Origin: a bacterium
GTDB lineage: Bacteria; Zhuqueibacterota; Zhuqueibacteria; Residuimicrobiales; Krinioviventaceae
Reading direction: 5' to 3'
Assembly: GCA_963675755.2 (NCBI GenBank)
Contig: CAXXMD010000003.1
Location: 2,368,001-2,432,000 of the forward strand
DNA length: 64,000 nucleotides
The notes below the pieces were generated by a model. It saw only the letters and a program-made list of their open reading frames with translations, was not told where the DNA came from and made no database searches. A program made the position numbers and the translations under genes. Shown in pieces: positions 39,176-50,091 of this stretch (within the stretch, counting starts at the first letter, position 1; the number at the start of each line of letters is the position of its first letter).

Positions 39176-40576
39176 ATGTCTTTTAATTTTAAACGAGCTG
39201 TTTCGATTTTGCAGGTTGTTTTATTACTATCAACCTTGCTTTATGCTCAAGGTGAAAGGGTATTGACCCTGGAAGAGAGCTTGAAGGAAGCGTTTGATAA
39301 TAATCCTGATCTGCGTGTGGCAGAAAAGGAATTGGCGAAAACAGAAGCCGGTGTTTGGGAGGCATATTCAGTGCTGATGCCGCAGGTTAATGGATCTGCC
39401 AGTGTTCAGCATGCATGGGATATTCAGACAAGCACCATTCCCAACTTTATAAAGTTGATGATGCCGCCGGATATTGGCGTTATTCTACCCTCATTTGCAG
39501 ATATGCCTGATTATATCGACATTGCATTTGGTTTAGAAAATACATTTTATTATGGTGCATCGTTACAACAGCCTTTGTTCCTGGGAGGCGCAGGTGTTGC
39601 CGGTGTAAAAATGGCCAATGCCGCCAAACGTGCCGCGCACCAGAATTTGAAATCTGTGAAACAGAACCTGATCTATAACACAGCAGATGCTTTTTATACC
39701 TGTTTGCTGGCCCGTGAACTGGTTAGTGTTCAGGAAGAAGCGTTGCAACAATCTGAAGCAAATTTCAATGTTGTGTCAAAGAAATATGATGTGGGCTCTG
39801 CATCGGGTTTCGACAAAATGCGCGCTGAGGTTGAAGTTGCCAACCTGAAACCCCAGGTCATTACAGCAAGAAACCAGTACAAAACCGCGTTAACACGTTT
39901 ACGTACCGTACTGGGGCTGCCAAGAGATGCAAAAATTTCTGTGGATGGCGAGCTGGTATTTGTTCAGGATGATTTTGGCAAAGACCTTGAAGGTGTGCAG
40001 CAAATGGCATTGCAATACCGTCCCGAGTTGCGTGCAATTCAGGAACAGGAATATATCACTAAAAAAGGGGTAACTATTGCGCGTAGTAATTTTATGCCCA
40101 AAGTGGTTTTCCAGAGTGATTATTCATATATGGCCTTTAGAAACGACTGGAATGTAGCAGATGCGGATTTCAGCAAAGGTTTTACATCCAGCATCAGTTT
40201 GCAGATCCCATTATTTACGGGATTTAAAAATACAAAGTCATATCAAAAAGCAAAACTTGATCATCGTATTATGGTGGATACGGAAAAGCAGGTTACAGAT
40301 GGCATTATGGCAGAAGTTGAAGTTGCTTATAATACTTTTGGTGAAGCGTTTGAGAAATACACGGCTGCCAGCCAGTCTGTAGATCTTGCGCAGGAAGCTT
40401 TGCGCCTGGCAAACATGATGTACGATGAAGGCGCCAATACACAGCTTGATGTTTTGAATTCACAACTGGCGCTTACCCAGTCAAAGTTGAATTATGTAAC
40501 ATCCGTTTACGATTATCAAATGTCACGTTACCGTTTGCACAAGGTAACCGGTACTTTACAAGGATTATTAAATTAA
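39176..40576 (+). CDS. TolC-family outer-membrane efflux protein
   Basis: LTLEESLKEAFDNNPDL, two OEP-like halves, LQIPLFTG; GGAGG RBS supports start at 39176. Confidence 0.9.
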   Translation: MSFNFKRAVSILQVVLLLSTLLYAQGERVLTLEESLKEAFDNNPDLRVAEKELAKTEAGVWEAYSVLMPQVNGSASVQHAWDIQTSTIPNFIKLMMPPDIGVILPSFADMPDYIDIAFGLENTFYYGASLQQPLFLGGAGVAGVKMANAAKRAAHQNLKSVKQNLIYNTADAFYTCLLARELVSVQEEALQQSEANFNVVSKKYDVGSASGFDKMRAEVEVANLKPQVITARNQYKTALTRLRTVLGLPRDAKISVDGELVFVQDDFGKDLEGVQQMALQYRPELRAIQEQEYITKKGVTIARSNFMPKVVFQSDYSYMAFRNDWNVADADFSKGFTSSISLQIPLFTGFKNTKSYQKAKLDHRIMVDTEKQVTDGIMAEVEVAYNTFGEAFEKYTAASQSVDLAQEALRLANMMYDEGANTQLDVLNSQLALTQSKLNYVTSVYDYQMSRYRLHKVTGTLQGLLN

Positions 40577-40597
40577 TTGATATATAGGAGAGAGGCA

Positions 40598-41719
40598 ATG
40601 AAACAAAAAGCAATTTTAATTGTGGTTTTATCCATGTTTCTGTTAATGGGTTGTGCTTCTAAAAAACAGGAATCAACTGTAGAAACCGCTACCCCCGTTC
40701 GGATTGCATCAATTGCTAAAGGCGAACTGGTACAGAGTATAGAATTTAATGGAGATATATCAGCAGAAGTAGAAGTCAAAGTGTTTTCAAAGATCCCCAA
40801 TAACCGCATTGAAAAATTTCATGTGGAAGAAGGCGATTATATTGAAAAAGGTCAATCCATTGCAACAATAAAGGCACCAGCCGTGACACACGGTTTGGAG
40901 CAGGCAAGAGCATCTTTGGCCGCTGTTAAGGCACAACTGGAAAACGTCAAGGTTGAGTATGAACGTGCAGAACGTCTTTACAATGAAAACGCTATGAGTA
41001 AACAACAATATGATCAGGTAAAAACTCAGTATGAATCTACACAAGCGCAGCTTGAGCAAACCCAGGCTGCAGTGCGTACAGCAGAAAGCAGTTATGAAGA
41101 TGCTTCTGTTGAAGCACCAATCTCGGGTATTGTTGGAGTGCGTTATTATGAAGCCGGCGATATGATCAATATGGCACAACCGCTGGTGAGCATAGTGCAG
41201 ATGAAAAAAGTCAAAATCACGTTTGATGCTACTGAAGAAGATTTAGGTAAACTATCTGTAGGACAAAAAGCTGAAATTACCGTCAAAAGTTATCCCGATA
41301 CTACATTTGCCGGCAAAGTTACCAAGATCAGCCCGGTATTGGATCCTCTTACTCGAATGGCAGATGTGGAAGTGTTGATTAATAATCCTGATTATTTACT
41401 CAAACCTGGTATGTTTGGACGAATCAAAGTTATTACCGGTATTTTATCTGATGTTATAGTCGTTCCCAGATATGCCACTATAGAAAATACAACATTGGAA
41501 CGTGAAGAAGGTAAAGATGTTGTTGTGAAAAATTATTATGTTTTTGTAGCCCAGGATACAATAGCCCAGCAGCGCAAACTTGATATAGAGTATGTGAACC
41601 ATGTGAATATAGCTGTTAAAAGTGGTGTACAGGTTGGCGAAGCACTGGTTATACAGGGACAAAAGAATTTAAAGAATGGTACTAAAATCACTTACGGTAA
41701 GGAAGGTGGTGATTTATGA
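40598..41719 (+). CDS. RND periplasmic adaptor (MFP), lipoprotein
   Basis: LLMGC lipobox; VEEGDYIEKGQ; APISGIV; LKPGMFG. Confidence 0.92.
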   Translation: MKQKAILIVVLSMFLLMGCASKKQESTVETATPVRIASIAKGELVQSIEFNGDISAEVEVKVFSKIPNNRIEKFHVEEGDYIEKGQSIATIKAPAVTHGLEQARASLAAVKAQLENVKVEYERAERLYNENAMSKQQYDQVKTQYESTQAQLEQTQAAVRTAESSYEDASVEAPISGIVGVRYYEAGDMINMAQPLVSIVQMKKVKITFDATEEDLGKLSVGQKAEITVKSYPDTTFAGKVTKISPVLDPLTRMADVEVLINNPDYLLKPGMFGRIKVITGILSDVIVVPRYATIENTTLEREEGKDVVVKNYYVFVAQDTIAQQRKLDIEYVNHVNIAVKSGVQVGEALVIQGQKNLKNGTKITYGKEGGDL

Positions 41720-44700
41720 AAATAACCGAGATGTCGGTCAAGCGCGGAGTAACATTCGCAATGATCTATCTCATTGCGGTGTTTTTCGGTTTGTTTTCGC
41801 TTGCTCGTTTGAAACTTGATTTATATCCAAAGATGGAGATACCCGTTATAGCCATCATTTCACAATATACAGGGGTAGGGCCATTTGATTTGGAAACGGT
41901 TGTGACTCGTCCAATAGAAGAAACCGTTGCCTCTGTGGAAAATGTTAAAACAGTTAGTTCAACAACTTCTCAAGGTTTGTCTCTTGTGACCCTCGAATTT
42001 GAGTGGGGTACAGACATGGACCAGGCAGAGATTGATGTGCGCAACAGTATGGAATGGGTTGATGACTTGTTACCGAATGATGTAACGGATCCCTTGATTT
42101 TTGCTTTTGATCCTTCATCTCAACCAATATTATATCTTACTGTGGATTCTGATATACATGGAATGGCTGAATTACGCAAGATTTCCGAGCATGAAATAGA
42201 GCCCCGTCTTGAACGTATACCGGGTGTTGCGTCTGCATTTACCAATGGCGGCATGGAACGTGAGATAAAAATACAGGTTGATCCCGCGCGACTCCGTGCG
42301 CATAATATGGCGATTGAGCAAGTTTCGAATGCTTTACGAGCCAACAACCTGCAGGTTGCTTCCGGTTGGATTGAAAACGACAAACAGGAATTTTCTATTG
42401 AAACCGCAGGTGAATATACAAGTATAGAGGAAATTGAGAATACCAATATTATGTCTATTGGCAATACCGTGATCAGAATCCGGGATGTTGCAACCGTTGT
42501 TGACGGATTCAAAGAACAACGTCAGCGCATTTGGAATAATGGATCACAAGCTGTAATGCTGATGGTACAGAAACAATCTGATGCCAATACCGTTACAACT
42601 GCTAAAGCGATAGTTTCTCAGTTGGATAATATTGAGAAGGAGTTGCCAGAGGGAATTGAATTAGGTGTCTTTATTGATTTATCGAGCTTTATTACTCGAT
42701 CAATGTCGAATTTGGGATCTACAGCAATTCAGGCAATTTTACTTGCCTTTTTAGTATTATTGTTCTTTTTACGAAATTTTAAAAGTTCAATAATAGTAGC
42801 TGTTTCTATACCTATTTCCATGGTTTTAACTTTTGCAGTAATGGACCAGGCTGATTTGACTTTAAATGTGATCTCTATGGCGGGACTTGCTTTGGCGGTC
42901 GGATTGCTGGTAGATAATTCAATTGTGGTACTGGAAAGTATTTTCCGTTTTCGTGAACAAGGTAGTTCACCTTCAGAGGCAGCTATCAAGGGTGCACAGG
43001 AAGTAGCAATGGCAATTACCGCATCTACTTTAACTACATTGTCAGTGTTTGTACCTGTTTTGTTTGTACCCGGTCTTGCAGGTCAAATGTTCCGGGAGAT
43101 GGTTATTACTATCTGTTTTTCACTGGCTGTATCGTTAATCGTCGCATTAACGTTGATTCCGTTAATGTCTTCAAGATTGATAAAGGTTATTAAAAATGAT
43201 AATAAAGGCCGATTGGGAAAATTGGATAAATCAATCGGTAATGGAATTATAGGTTTACAGAATAAATACACGAATTGGCTCAAATGGTCACTGAATAACC
43301 GCAAAAAGATATTGTGGGGAGTAACAGGATTATTTGTTTTGTTTATGGTTTTAATTTCTACACTTCCCAGAGACTTTTTATCAGAAGGTGATGATGGTTT
43401 TATTGCCATTGCCGTGGATCGTTCTCCAGGAACAAGCCTTGATGATATGGAAGTAACAATGAAACAGATAAATGATATCATTGAAGAAAATGTACCTGAA
43501 GCAGAAATGATATACAGTAATTTTGGCCAGGGTGATGGGATTATGGCCCTGTTTTCATCTCAAACTTCTGCCGAAGGTGATATGTCAATTCGATTACCCA
43601 AAATGACTGAACGGAATCGTTCTGAATTTGATATTCAAGATGCTATTCGTGATACTTTGAATAAAATTCCTGATGCAACAGTTTCTTTTGCTGATCGTGG
43701 ACAGGCGGCAATGATGGGAAGTGGTGTTGATATTGAAGTCAAGGTTATTGGTCATGACCTGGAAATTTCAGAAGCACTTGCTAATGAAATCGCTGATAAA
43801 GTGAAAGATATTGAAGGAGTAGTTTTTGTAGAAACGAGTATGCGTGAAGCTCGCCCCGAACTCAAAGTGAATCTTGATAGAAAGCGAATTGCTGATTTGG
43901 GATTGAGTACAGCGCAGGTTGGTAGTGCTGTGAGTACCAGTATTTTAGGTTCTGTGGTTACCCAGTATCGTGAACAAGGTGATGAATATGATGTTAGAGT
44001 ACAGTTTGATAAAGAACATCGTAAGGAAAAACAAGACCTTGAAAATATTCTGATAATGACTCCCTCGGGTAGACAAGTTCCATTACGTGCCTTGGCACAA
44101 ATTGAATATTCCACAGCACCACAGGAAATTACCCGAGAGGATCAGGAAAGATATATTAGTGTTAACATAGATAAAGGTACAAGTGATTTAAATAAAGTAA
44201 CTGCTGAAGTTAAATCTGTGTTGAATCAAGTTCCAGTGCCCAATGGTTTCCGTTTGGAAATTGGTGGTGCTGCGGAAGATATGCAGGAATCATTTGGTTA
44301 TTTAGGACTTGCTATGTTGGTTGCAATCTTGTTGACCTATATGGTTATGGCGTCACAGTTTGAAAGTTTTGTTGATCCGTTCATTATCATGTTTACCATC
44401 CCCTTGTCACTTATTGGTGTGTCTTTGGGGTTATTTGTCACTCATACAACATTAAGTGTAATGGCGCTAGTTGGTATTATTATGCTGGTGGGTATAGTGG
44501 TGAACAATGGTATTGTGTTGGTGGATTATATAAACCAACTTCGTGATCGTGGTATGGAATTGTTTGAAGCTATTCTTGAAGCCGGTTCTGTTCGTATGCG
44601 GCCGGTGTTAATGACCGCATTGACCACAATCCTGGCAATGCTGCCTATGGCACTGGGACTCGGTGAGAGTGGTGAATCCTGGGCGCCTATGGCACGCTCC

Positions 44701-44844
44701 GTTATGGGCGGTATGGCAGTGGCAACGTTATTAACACTTGTGATTGTGCCGGTTATTTATGCATCGGTTGAAGAATCGAATGCAAAGCGAAAGGCCAAAC
44801 GTAAAGCCAGAAAAGAAGCAAAATTATACATGCCGAAAGCTTAA
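41716..44844 (+). CDS. RND efflux transporter (HAE1/AcrB family)
   Basis: 1042 aa; GLLVDNSIVVLE, VNNGIVLVD, RMRPVLMT. Confidence 0.95.
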   Translation: MKITEMSVKRGVTFAMIYLIAVFFGLFSLARLKLDLYPKMEIPVIAIISQYTGVGPFDLETVVTRPIEETVASVENVKTVSSTTSQGLSLVTLEFEWGTDMDQAEIDVRNSMEWVDDLLPNDVTDPLIFAFDPSSQPILYLTVDSDIHGMAELRKISEHEIEPRLERIPGVASAFTNGGMEREIKIQVDPARLRAHNMAIEQVSNALRANNLQVASGWIENDKQEFSIETAGEYTSIEEIENTNIMSIGNTVIRIRDVATVVDGFKEQRQRIWNNGSQAVMLMVQKQSDANTVTTAKAIVSQLDNIEKELPEGIELGVFIDLSSFITRSMSNLGSTAIQAILLAFLVLLFFLRNFKSSIIVAVSIPISMVLTFAVMDQADLTLNVISMAGLALAVGLLVDNSIVVLESIFRFREQGSSPSEAAIKGAQEVAMAITASTLTTLSVFVPVLFVPGLAGQMFREMVITICFSLAVSLIVALTLIPLMSSRLIKVIKNDNKGRLGKLDKSIGNGIIGLQNKYTNWLKWSLNNRKKILWGVTGLFVLFMVLISTLPRDFLSEGDDGFIAIAVDRSPGTSLDDMEVTMKQINDIIEENVPEAEMIYSNFGQGDGIMALFSSQTSAEGDMSIRLPKMTERNRSEFDIQDAIRDTLNKIPDATVSFADRGQAAMMGSGVDIEVKVIGHDLEISEALANEIADKVKDIEGVVFVETSMREARPELKVNLDRKRIADLGLSTAQVGSAVSTSILGSVVTQYREQGDEYDVRVQFDKEHRKEKQDLENILIMTPSGRQVPLRALAQIEYSTAPQEITREDQERYISVNIDKGTSDLNKVTAEVKSVLNQVPVPNGFRLEIGGAAEDMQESFGYLGLAMLVAILLTYMVMASQFESFVDPFIIMFTIPLSLIGVSLGLFVTHTTLSVMALVGIIMLVGIVVNNGIVLVDYINQLRDRGMELFEAILEAGSVRMRPVLMTALTTILAMLPMALGLGESGESWAPMARSVMGGMAVATLLTLVIVPVIYASVEESNAKRKAKRKARKEAKLYMPKA

Positions 44845-44849
44845 TTTTT

Positions 44850-44881
44850 AAGGCCCCGGAGTTATCCGGGGCCTTTTTTTT
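44850..44881 (+). terminator. Intrinsic terminator
   Basis: AAGGCCCCGGA-GTTA-TCCGGGGCCTT plus T-tract. Confidence 0.9.
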
Positions 44882-44884
44882 ACC

Positions 44885-44910
44885 TGTAACCTTTGATCTG
44901 TTTTTTCGTA
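44885..44910 (+). promoter_or_regulatory. ECF-sigma promoter
   Basis: TGTAAC-N16-CGTA immediately after the terminator, 24 nt before the ATG. Confidence 0.6.
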
Positions 44911-44934
44911 AACCAGAAAAAGGAGGTGCAGGTT

Positions 44935-45723
44935 ATGCGTATAAAATTTTGGATTGTTTTTGTGAGTTTGGCGCTGGCAGTGCAGGGATTTGCAGCCAGT
45001 GTTGAACGAGAGTTTGAACGGGAATATGATCTTGACCGTGACGGTATTGTAAATGTGAAAAATGTAAATGGCGAGCTTGTTGTAAAATCCTGGAACGATG
45101 ATAAAGTCAGGATCTATGCCGAGATCAAGGTGAAAAGCGGTAGCCATAGAAAAGCAGAAGACTTTATGGACAAGGTCAAGATTGAGGTTAAACGACATGG
45201 GGACGAAATATCCATTGAGCCGGATTATCCCAAGCGTGACGATGGTGGATTTATGGATATGTTGTTCAGCAATAAAAAGCCGTCTGTAACCGTGGATTTT
45301 ACCATCTCAGTGCCTCGTGAGGCTACAGTCAATGCACGCTCTGTTAATGGTGCTGTCAAAGTTACAGATATTGGCGGACTTGCGGAACTCAAAACGGTGA
45401 ATGGCGGCATTACCGCCAAAGGTATGGGCAATTCAGTTAGTGCGAATACTACAAACGGTGGGATCAGTGTAGAGATAGACGAGTCTTTAATTCGTCAGGA
45501 AATGGATTTTCATACAGTTAATGGCAGTATCAAACTTTATCTCAGAGATGATATAGGCGCATATTTTAATTTGTCTACGGTTAATGGCAGTATCCGGACC
45601 GATTTTCCGATAAAGATGTCAGGGGATATTGATACCAAACGGATACAGGGTAAAATCAATGACGGTGGACCCGAGATCAAGATGAAAACCGTGAACGGCA
45701 GTATTTCTATTCAGGAATTGTAG
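44935..45723 (+). CDS. DUF4097-family beta-strand repeat protein
   Basis: Signal peptide; repeated NVNG/SVNG/TVNG/TTNG motifs; AGGAGG RBS. Confidence 0.88.
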   Translation: MRIKFWIVFVSLALAVQGFAASVEREFEREYDLDRDGIVNVKNVNGELVVKSWNDDKVRIYAEIKVKSGSHRKAEDFMDKVKIEVKRHGDEISIEPDYPKRDDGGFMDMLFSNKKPSVTVDFTISVPREATVNARSVNGAVKVTDIGGLAELKTVNGGITAKGMGNSVSANTTNGGISVEIDESLIRQEMDFHTVNGSIKLYLRDDIGAYFNLSTVNGSIRTDFPIKMSGDIDTKRIQGKINDGGPEIKMKTVNGSISIQEL

Positions 45724-45760
45724 AATAATATCTCATGTAAATATATTTAGGTGATTGATA

Positions 45761-46129
45761 AACCGGTGCTTCGATACGTTCCTAACCTATTATAAATACT
45801 TGCCCGGCACCTAGCAATATAATTTAATATCCTATTTGGGTTCCAAGGCAGAGCCTTGGAACCAGGAGGAACCGGTGCTTTAATACGTCCCGGATTTACA
45901 ATAAAGAATTACCCGGCAAATTTAATCCCAAACTACCCCTAATCTTTTCCTTGTTCCAGGACTCTGCCTGGGGACGATCATTATTTAATTTAATATCTTA
46001 TTGGGTCCCAAGGCCGAGCCTTGGAACCAGGATGGAAACCGGTGCCTGAGTACTCGTTAGTCCATTTTAATGGACTGACGAGTGTATCGAAGGCTCGGTT
46101 TTATAATAGATTCTTGCCGGGCAATTCCT
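45761..46129. repeat. Composite array of three REP-like families (BIME-like)
   Basis: AACCGGTGC x3 (45761, 45870, 46037); GGTTCCAAGGC-NNN-GCCTTGGAACC hairpins (45839, 46004, inverted copy 45953); RAYT-REP arms at 45800-45812 and 46115-46129. Confidence 0.85.
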
Positions 46130-46245
46130 GTTTTAAAATCCTCAAATCTTAAAATGCAATAAAGAAAAAAGTCTTTTCTTGAATTTTGTATTCGCATATT
46201 GTATATTCGAACATATAGAAATGCATTTTAAAATCCGGAGGACTT

Positions 46246-47697
46246 ATGGCTGTTATTACCGATTTTGAACCCAAACTCGTATGGAAATACTTTGATGAAA
46301 TACGTCAAGTTCCCAGAGCATCTGGTGATGAAAAACGTATTTCCGATTACCTGGTTTCGGTTGCTAAAAAGCTGGGCCTGGAATATGAACAAGACAAAGA
46401 GCTGAACGTACTTATCCGTAAAGGTGCTTCAGCTGGTTACGAATCTGCACCCACCGTTGTGTTACAATCACATATGGACATGGTTTGCGAAAAAAATTCA
46501 GATACTGAATTTGATTTTGATAATGATCCTATCAAACTGAAATTTGATGGTGAGTGGCTCAAAGCAGATGGTACCACACTGGGAGCTGACAATGGCATTG
46601 GTATGGCAACTGCATTGGCAATCCTTGAAGATGAGAGCGTGAAACACGGTCCATTGGAAGCTATTTTTACTGTAGATGAAGAACGCGGACTGGTTGGTGC
46701 AATGACCATTGATACCAGCTGGCTCAAAGGTAACATTATGCTGAACCTTGACAGTGAAGACCTGGGACTGTTCTCTATTGGTTGCGCCGGTGGCAGAGAC
46801 TCGCATATGACTTTACCACTGAAAAGAGTGAACGCCAAAGGCGATCAGCTTGTAGAGATCAAATTGTTTGGACTGCGTGGAGGCCATTCTGGTGTAGATA
46901 TCCATGAAGGTCGCGGAAACGCACTCAAGATCATCAACCGCTTACTGTTCCAGTTGGACAAAGTAGTTCCCCTTGAATTTGTCTGTTATGAAGGTGGAGA
47001 CAAACATAATGCAATCCCGCGTGAAGCATTTGCTCGGGTTGTGATTAAAAAGACAGAACTTGATAATGTTAAAAAATGGATGGAGACGGCAGTAGATTGT
47101 ATCCGCAGCGAATTCAGTCCGGTTGAGAAAAATATCCAGTATTCTGTTACCGCATTAGAATCTGTTCCTGATGTTATGGATGCCACAAGTCAGAAAACAT
47201 TGCTCTCACTTCTCTTTGCCTTGCCTCACGGACCTCTTGCTTATAGCAGAGATATTGCCGGTTTGGTGGAAACATCGAACAATGTAGCATCAATCAAATG
47301 CTCAGATACCGAAGCAAAAATTCATCTTAGCAGCCGCAGTTCCAATGATTGCGCCTTGCAGGCAACCGTAGATAAATTGGTGGCGATAGCAGATCTGGCA
47401 GGAGCTTCTATTGAACAGCCACAGGGTTACCCTGGCTGGCAGCCTAATCTGGACTCTCCCTTGCTTAAAGTCACTATGGATGCTTATAAAGAAGTAACAG
47501 GAGAAGATGCCCGTTACGAAGCCATTCATGCCGGTTTGGAATGCGGCCTGATTGGTGAGAAATTCCCGGGTATGGACATGATCTCTATTGGGCCTGATAT
47601 TAAACACCCGCATTCACCTGACGAGTGTGTACATATTGGTACGGTAGATACCTATTATAAACATACATTAAAAGTTCTTGAAAAATTGACCGCATAA
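46246..47697 (+). CDS. pepD: Aminoacyl-histidine dipeptidase (M20)
   Basis: LQSHMDMV, TTLGADNGIG, TVDEE, NLDSED, GGHSG, IHAGLECG. Confidence 0.95.
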   Translation: MAVITDFEPKLVWKYFDEIRQVPRASGDEKRISDYLVSVAKKLGLEYEQDKELNVLIRKGASAGYESAPTVVLQSHMDMVCEKNSDTEFDFDNDPIKLKFDGEWLKADGTTLGADNGIGMATALAILEDESVKHGPLEAIFTVDEERGLVGAMTIDTSWLKGNIMLNLDSEDLGLFSIGCAGGRDSHMTLPLKRVNAKGDQLVEIKLFGLRGGHSGVDIHEGRGNALKIINRLLFQLDKVVPLEFVCYEGGDKHNAIPREAFARVVIKKTELDNVKKWMETAVDCIRSEFSPVEKNIQYSVTALESVPDVMDATSQKTLLSLLFALPHGPLAYSRDIAGLVETSNNVASIKCSDTEAKIHLSSRSSNDCALQATVDKLVAIADLAGASIEQPQGYPGWQPNLDSPLLKVTMDAYKEVTGEDARYEAIHAGLECGLIGEKFPGMDMISIGPDIKHPHSPDECVHIGTVDTYYKHTLKVLEKLTA

Positions 47698-47726
47698 AAA
47701 ATCCGCCTTTTGGCGGATTTTTTTTT
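47696..47726 (+). terminator. Intrinsic terminator
   Basis: AAAAAATCCGCC-TTTT-GGCGGATTTTTTTTT. Confidence 0.9.
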
Positions 47727-47849
47727 CGGGGGACCTTAATTATTATACTGATATACAAATTTTACGGAATAAAAAATACATTCAAGTGTCTTAATAGTAG
47801 CAAGCTATACATGCATTTCGGAATGTTTTAAATGATTTCTTGGGAAAAC

Positions 47850-47875
47850 TGAAACTTTTTTTTCTATTGAACGTC
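47850..47875 (+). promoter_or_regulatory. ECF-sigma promoter
   Basis: TGAAAC-N16-CGTC, 46 nt before the Yip1 start. Confidence 0.62.
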
Positions 47876-47921
47876 TTTCATGTTAGCCTGCAACAACAAC
47901 CTTTTTATGGAGGAAGGAACC

Positions 47922-48647
47922 ATGTCAGAACAACATCCAGCTATTGATAACACCCCTGTTGAAAAGGAAATTAATTTTCTGGGCCGATTGGTAGGCGTTT
48001 TTACATCACCAGGAGCCGCATTCCAATCCATCGCACGAAAACCGGGGTGGGTAATTCCTTTGCTGGTTTTAATTGCCTTGAATCTGGGTTACATGTTTGT
48101 TTTGCAGCCGGTGTTAGTTAATGAACAACAGCAAAAAACCAAACAAAGTCTTGAAGAAAAAAATGTAGACAGTGAACAACAAGAAGTCATACTGACCCAA
48201 TCCGCAAAATGGATGAAAATAACCATGTTGCCTATTGGAGCGATCAGTATGTTTATTGTTGTGCTTATAACTGCGGGTGTCTGGTTGTTTTTCAGCAATA
48301 CAGTTCTGGGAGGTACCGCAAATTATAAACAACTGTTAAGCGTGGTCACCTATACCAGCTATATTGGATTTGTGGGGCAGTTGATAAAATTACCAATTAA
48401 TTTAACGCAGGAAACCATGAATGTACATTTCAGCCTTGCTACATTCATGTCTGACGACCTTTTAAAAACCTTTTTATATAAATTTCTTGCCAGTGTAGAA
48501 TTGTTCAATATCTGGACAGTAATTGCGCTCAGTATTGGTATTGCAGTTGTTGCAAAGTTGAATACAAAAAAAGTATGGCCGGTTGTTGCAATTGTATATC
48601 TGGTGTTTTTTGTGGGTTCTGCAGCGCTTGGCAGTAAATTTGGTTAA
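47922..48647 (+). CDS. Yip1-domain membrane protein (YknW-like)
   Basis: GVFTSPGAAFQSI..PGWVIPL, multi-TM, ELFNIW; start at MSEQHP after GGAGG. Confidence 0.82.
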   Translation: MSEQHPAIDNTPVEKEINFLGRLVGVFTSPGAAFQSIARKPGWVIPLLVLIALNLGYMFVLQPVLVNEQQQKTKQSLEEKNVDSEQQEVILTQSAKWMKITMLPIGAISMFIVVLITAGVWLFFSNTVLGGTANYKQLLSVVTYTSYIGFVGQLIKLPINLTQETMNVHFSLATFMSDDLLKTFLYKFLASVELFNIWTVIALSIGIAVVAKLNTKKVWPVVAIVYLVFFVGSAALGSKFG

Positions 48648-48707
48648 AATTGAATTAACATAGAAACAGTAGGAACTCTGAAACAATCATAACAGGATGG
48701 TGTGCTC

Positions 48708-50078
48708 ATGATCAAACGAAACGCAACTATGTTGGTGGTGTTTGTCCTTTTTCTTACCAGTGCATTACTTGCACAAGAAACCAAACCCCTGACACTTGAT
48801 GAATGTGTTCAAATCGCTTTACAAAACAACTCGTCTCTAAAAATATCTGGATACCAGGTAGAATCCGCAGAGACTTCTGTAACTTCAGCTCGTGCAAATT
48901 TTTTACCCAAAATCAACTCTTCATTCAGTTCCGGCAAATATATACAGGGTGCCAGAGTGACCAAAATGGACGTTCCGACCGGTGAAGTAGATTCTGAAAC
49001 GGGTGGTGTAATTTATGAAGAAAAATCCGTTTTGCAGGACCGTACCGAACGTAACTCTCACAGCGCGTCCGTTTCATTATCCCAGAATATTTTTGATTTT
49101 GGGAAAAGTATGAACAATCTGAAAAGCAACAAAGCCGGAAAAACTTCAATGGAACACTCGCTCAAGAATACACGCAATGATGTTATTGCCGGTGTAAAAC
49201 AAGCGTTTTATGAATTGTTGAAACAATACCGTCTCAAAGAAGTGTATGAAGAAGCTGTTCAAGTTTCAAATGATGAGGTTAGCCGCGTTCAAACCATGAT
49301 GGAAATTGGTCTTTCTTCACAGGCTGAAGTATATCAGGCACGGGTTACTTTGAATAACAGCAAAACCACTTTACTGAACCAGGTAAACAATATTGAACTG
49401 GCAAAAGCAGATCTGAACAATGCATTGGGCAGGTTCCCCAGTGATCCCCTCGAAATTGTACCGGAAAACGCGGATGCGATTTTCCCCGAATATAGTTTTG
49501 AAAAAGCTTCAGATCTGGCTGTTGAAAATAATGAATATCTGAAAGCTCTGGAACAGGAAGTAAAAGCAAATTCATACAATATTAAATATGCCAAAAGTGC
49601 CTATTTCCCAAGCATTGGTGGAAGTGCTTCTTACTCCCGTAGTAATACCGATTTCTCTCGTGTTTATTCTAGCAAACTCGATCAGGATTTTTCAATAACA
49701 ATGGGAGTGGGGGTAGACCTGAATATCTTTAATGGCTTTTCAGACAAGGCATCTGTACAGCGTAATACCATTCAGTATAATATTGCAGTCGAAAATCTTG
49801 AAGAAGCCAAACGTACATTATTATCCAGTGTAAAACAATATTATTTACAACTGAATGCTTATAAAGACATCATTGAGATGAACAAGCTGAATATTGAAGC
49901 CTATGAAGAAAATCTGCGCTTGCAGCAGGAAAAACGCCGTGTAGGTTCGGGTACTGAGCTGGAAGTTACCCAGGCACAGTACGACCTGACAAGCGCGCGA
50001 TCTGATTTGATCTCTGCTGAATTTGAGGCCAAGACCGTTATTGCGCAGCTTGAAGCCGCTTTGGGAATTATAGAATAA
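48708..50078 (+). CDS. TolC-family outer-membrane protein
   Basis: LTLDECVQIALQNN, SQNIFDFG, LNIFNGF. Confidence 0.9.
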   Translation: MIKRNATMLVVFVLFLTSALLAQETKPLTLDECVQIALQNNSSLKISGYQVESAETSVTSARANFLPKINSSFSSGKYIQGARVTKMDVPTGEVDSETGGVIYEEKSVLQDRTERNSHSASVSLSQNIFDFGKSMNNLKSNKAGKTSMEHSLKNTRNDVIAGVKQAFYELLKQYRLKEVYEEAVQVSNDEVSRVQTMMEIGLSSQAEVYQARVTLNNSKTTLLNQVNNIELAKADLNNALGRFPSDPLEIVPENADAIFPEYSFEKASDLAVENNEYLKALEQEVKANSYNIKYAKSAYFPSIGGSASYSRSNTDFSRVYSSKLDQDFSITMGVGVDLNIFNGFSDKASVQRNTIQYNIAVENLEEAKRTLLSSVKQYYLQLNAYKDIIEMNKLNIEAYEENLRLQQEKRRVGSGTELEVTQAQYDLTSARSDLISAEFEAKTVIAQLEAALGIIE

Positions 50079-50091
50079 TTGTTAAATTATG

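Noticed and set aside
45761-46129. CRISPR or other guide-RNA array
   Set aside because: Units are unequal (109 and 167 bp), repeats are degenerate and composite, there are no regular unique spacers, and no cas-like gene is in the window
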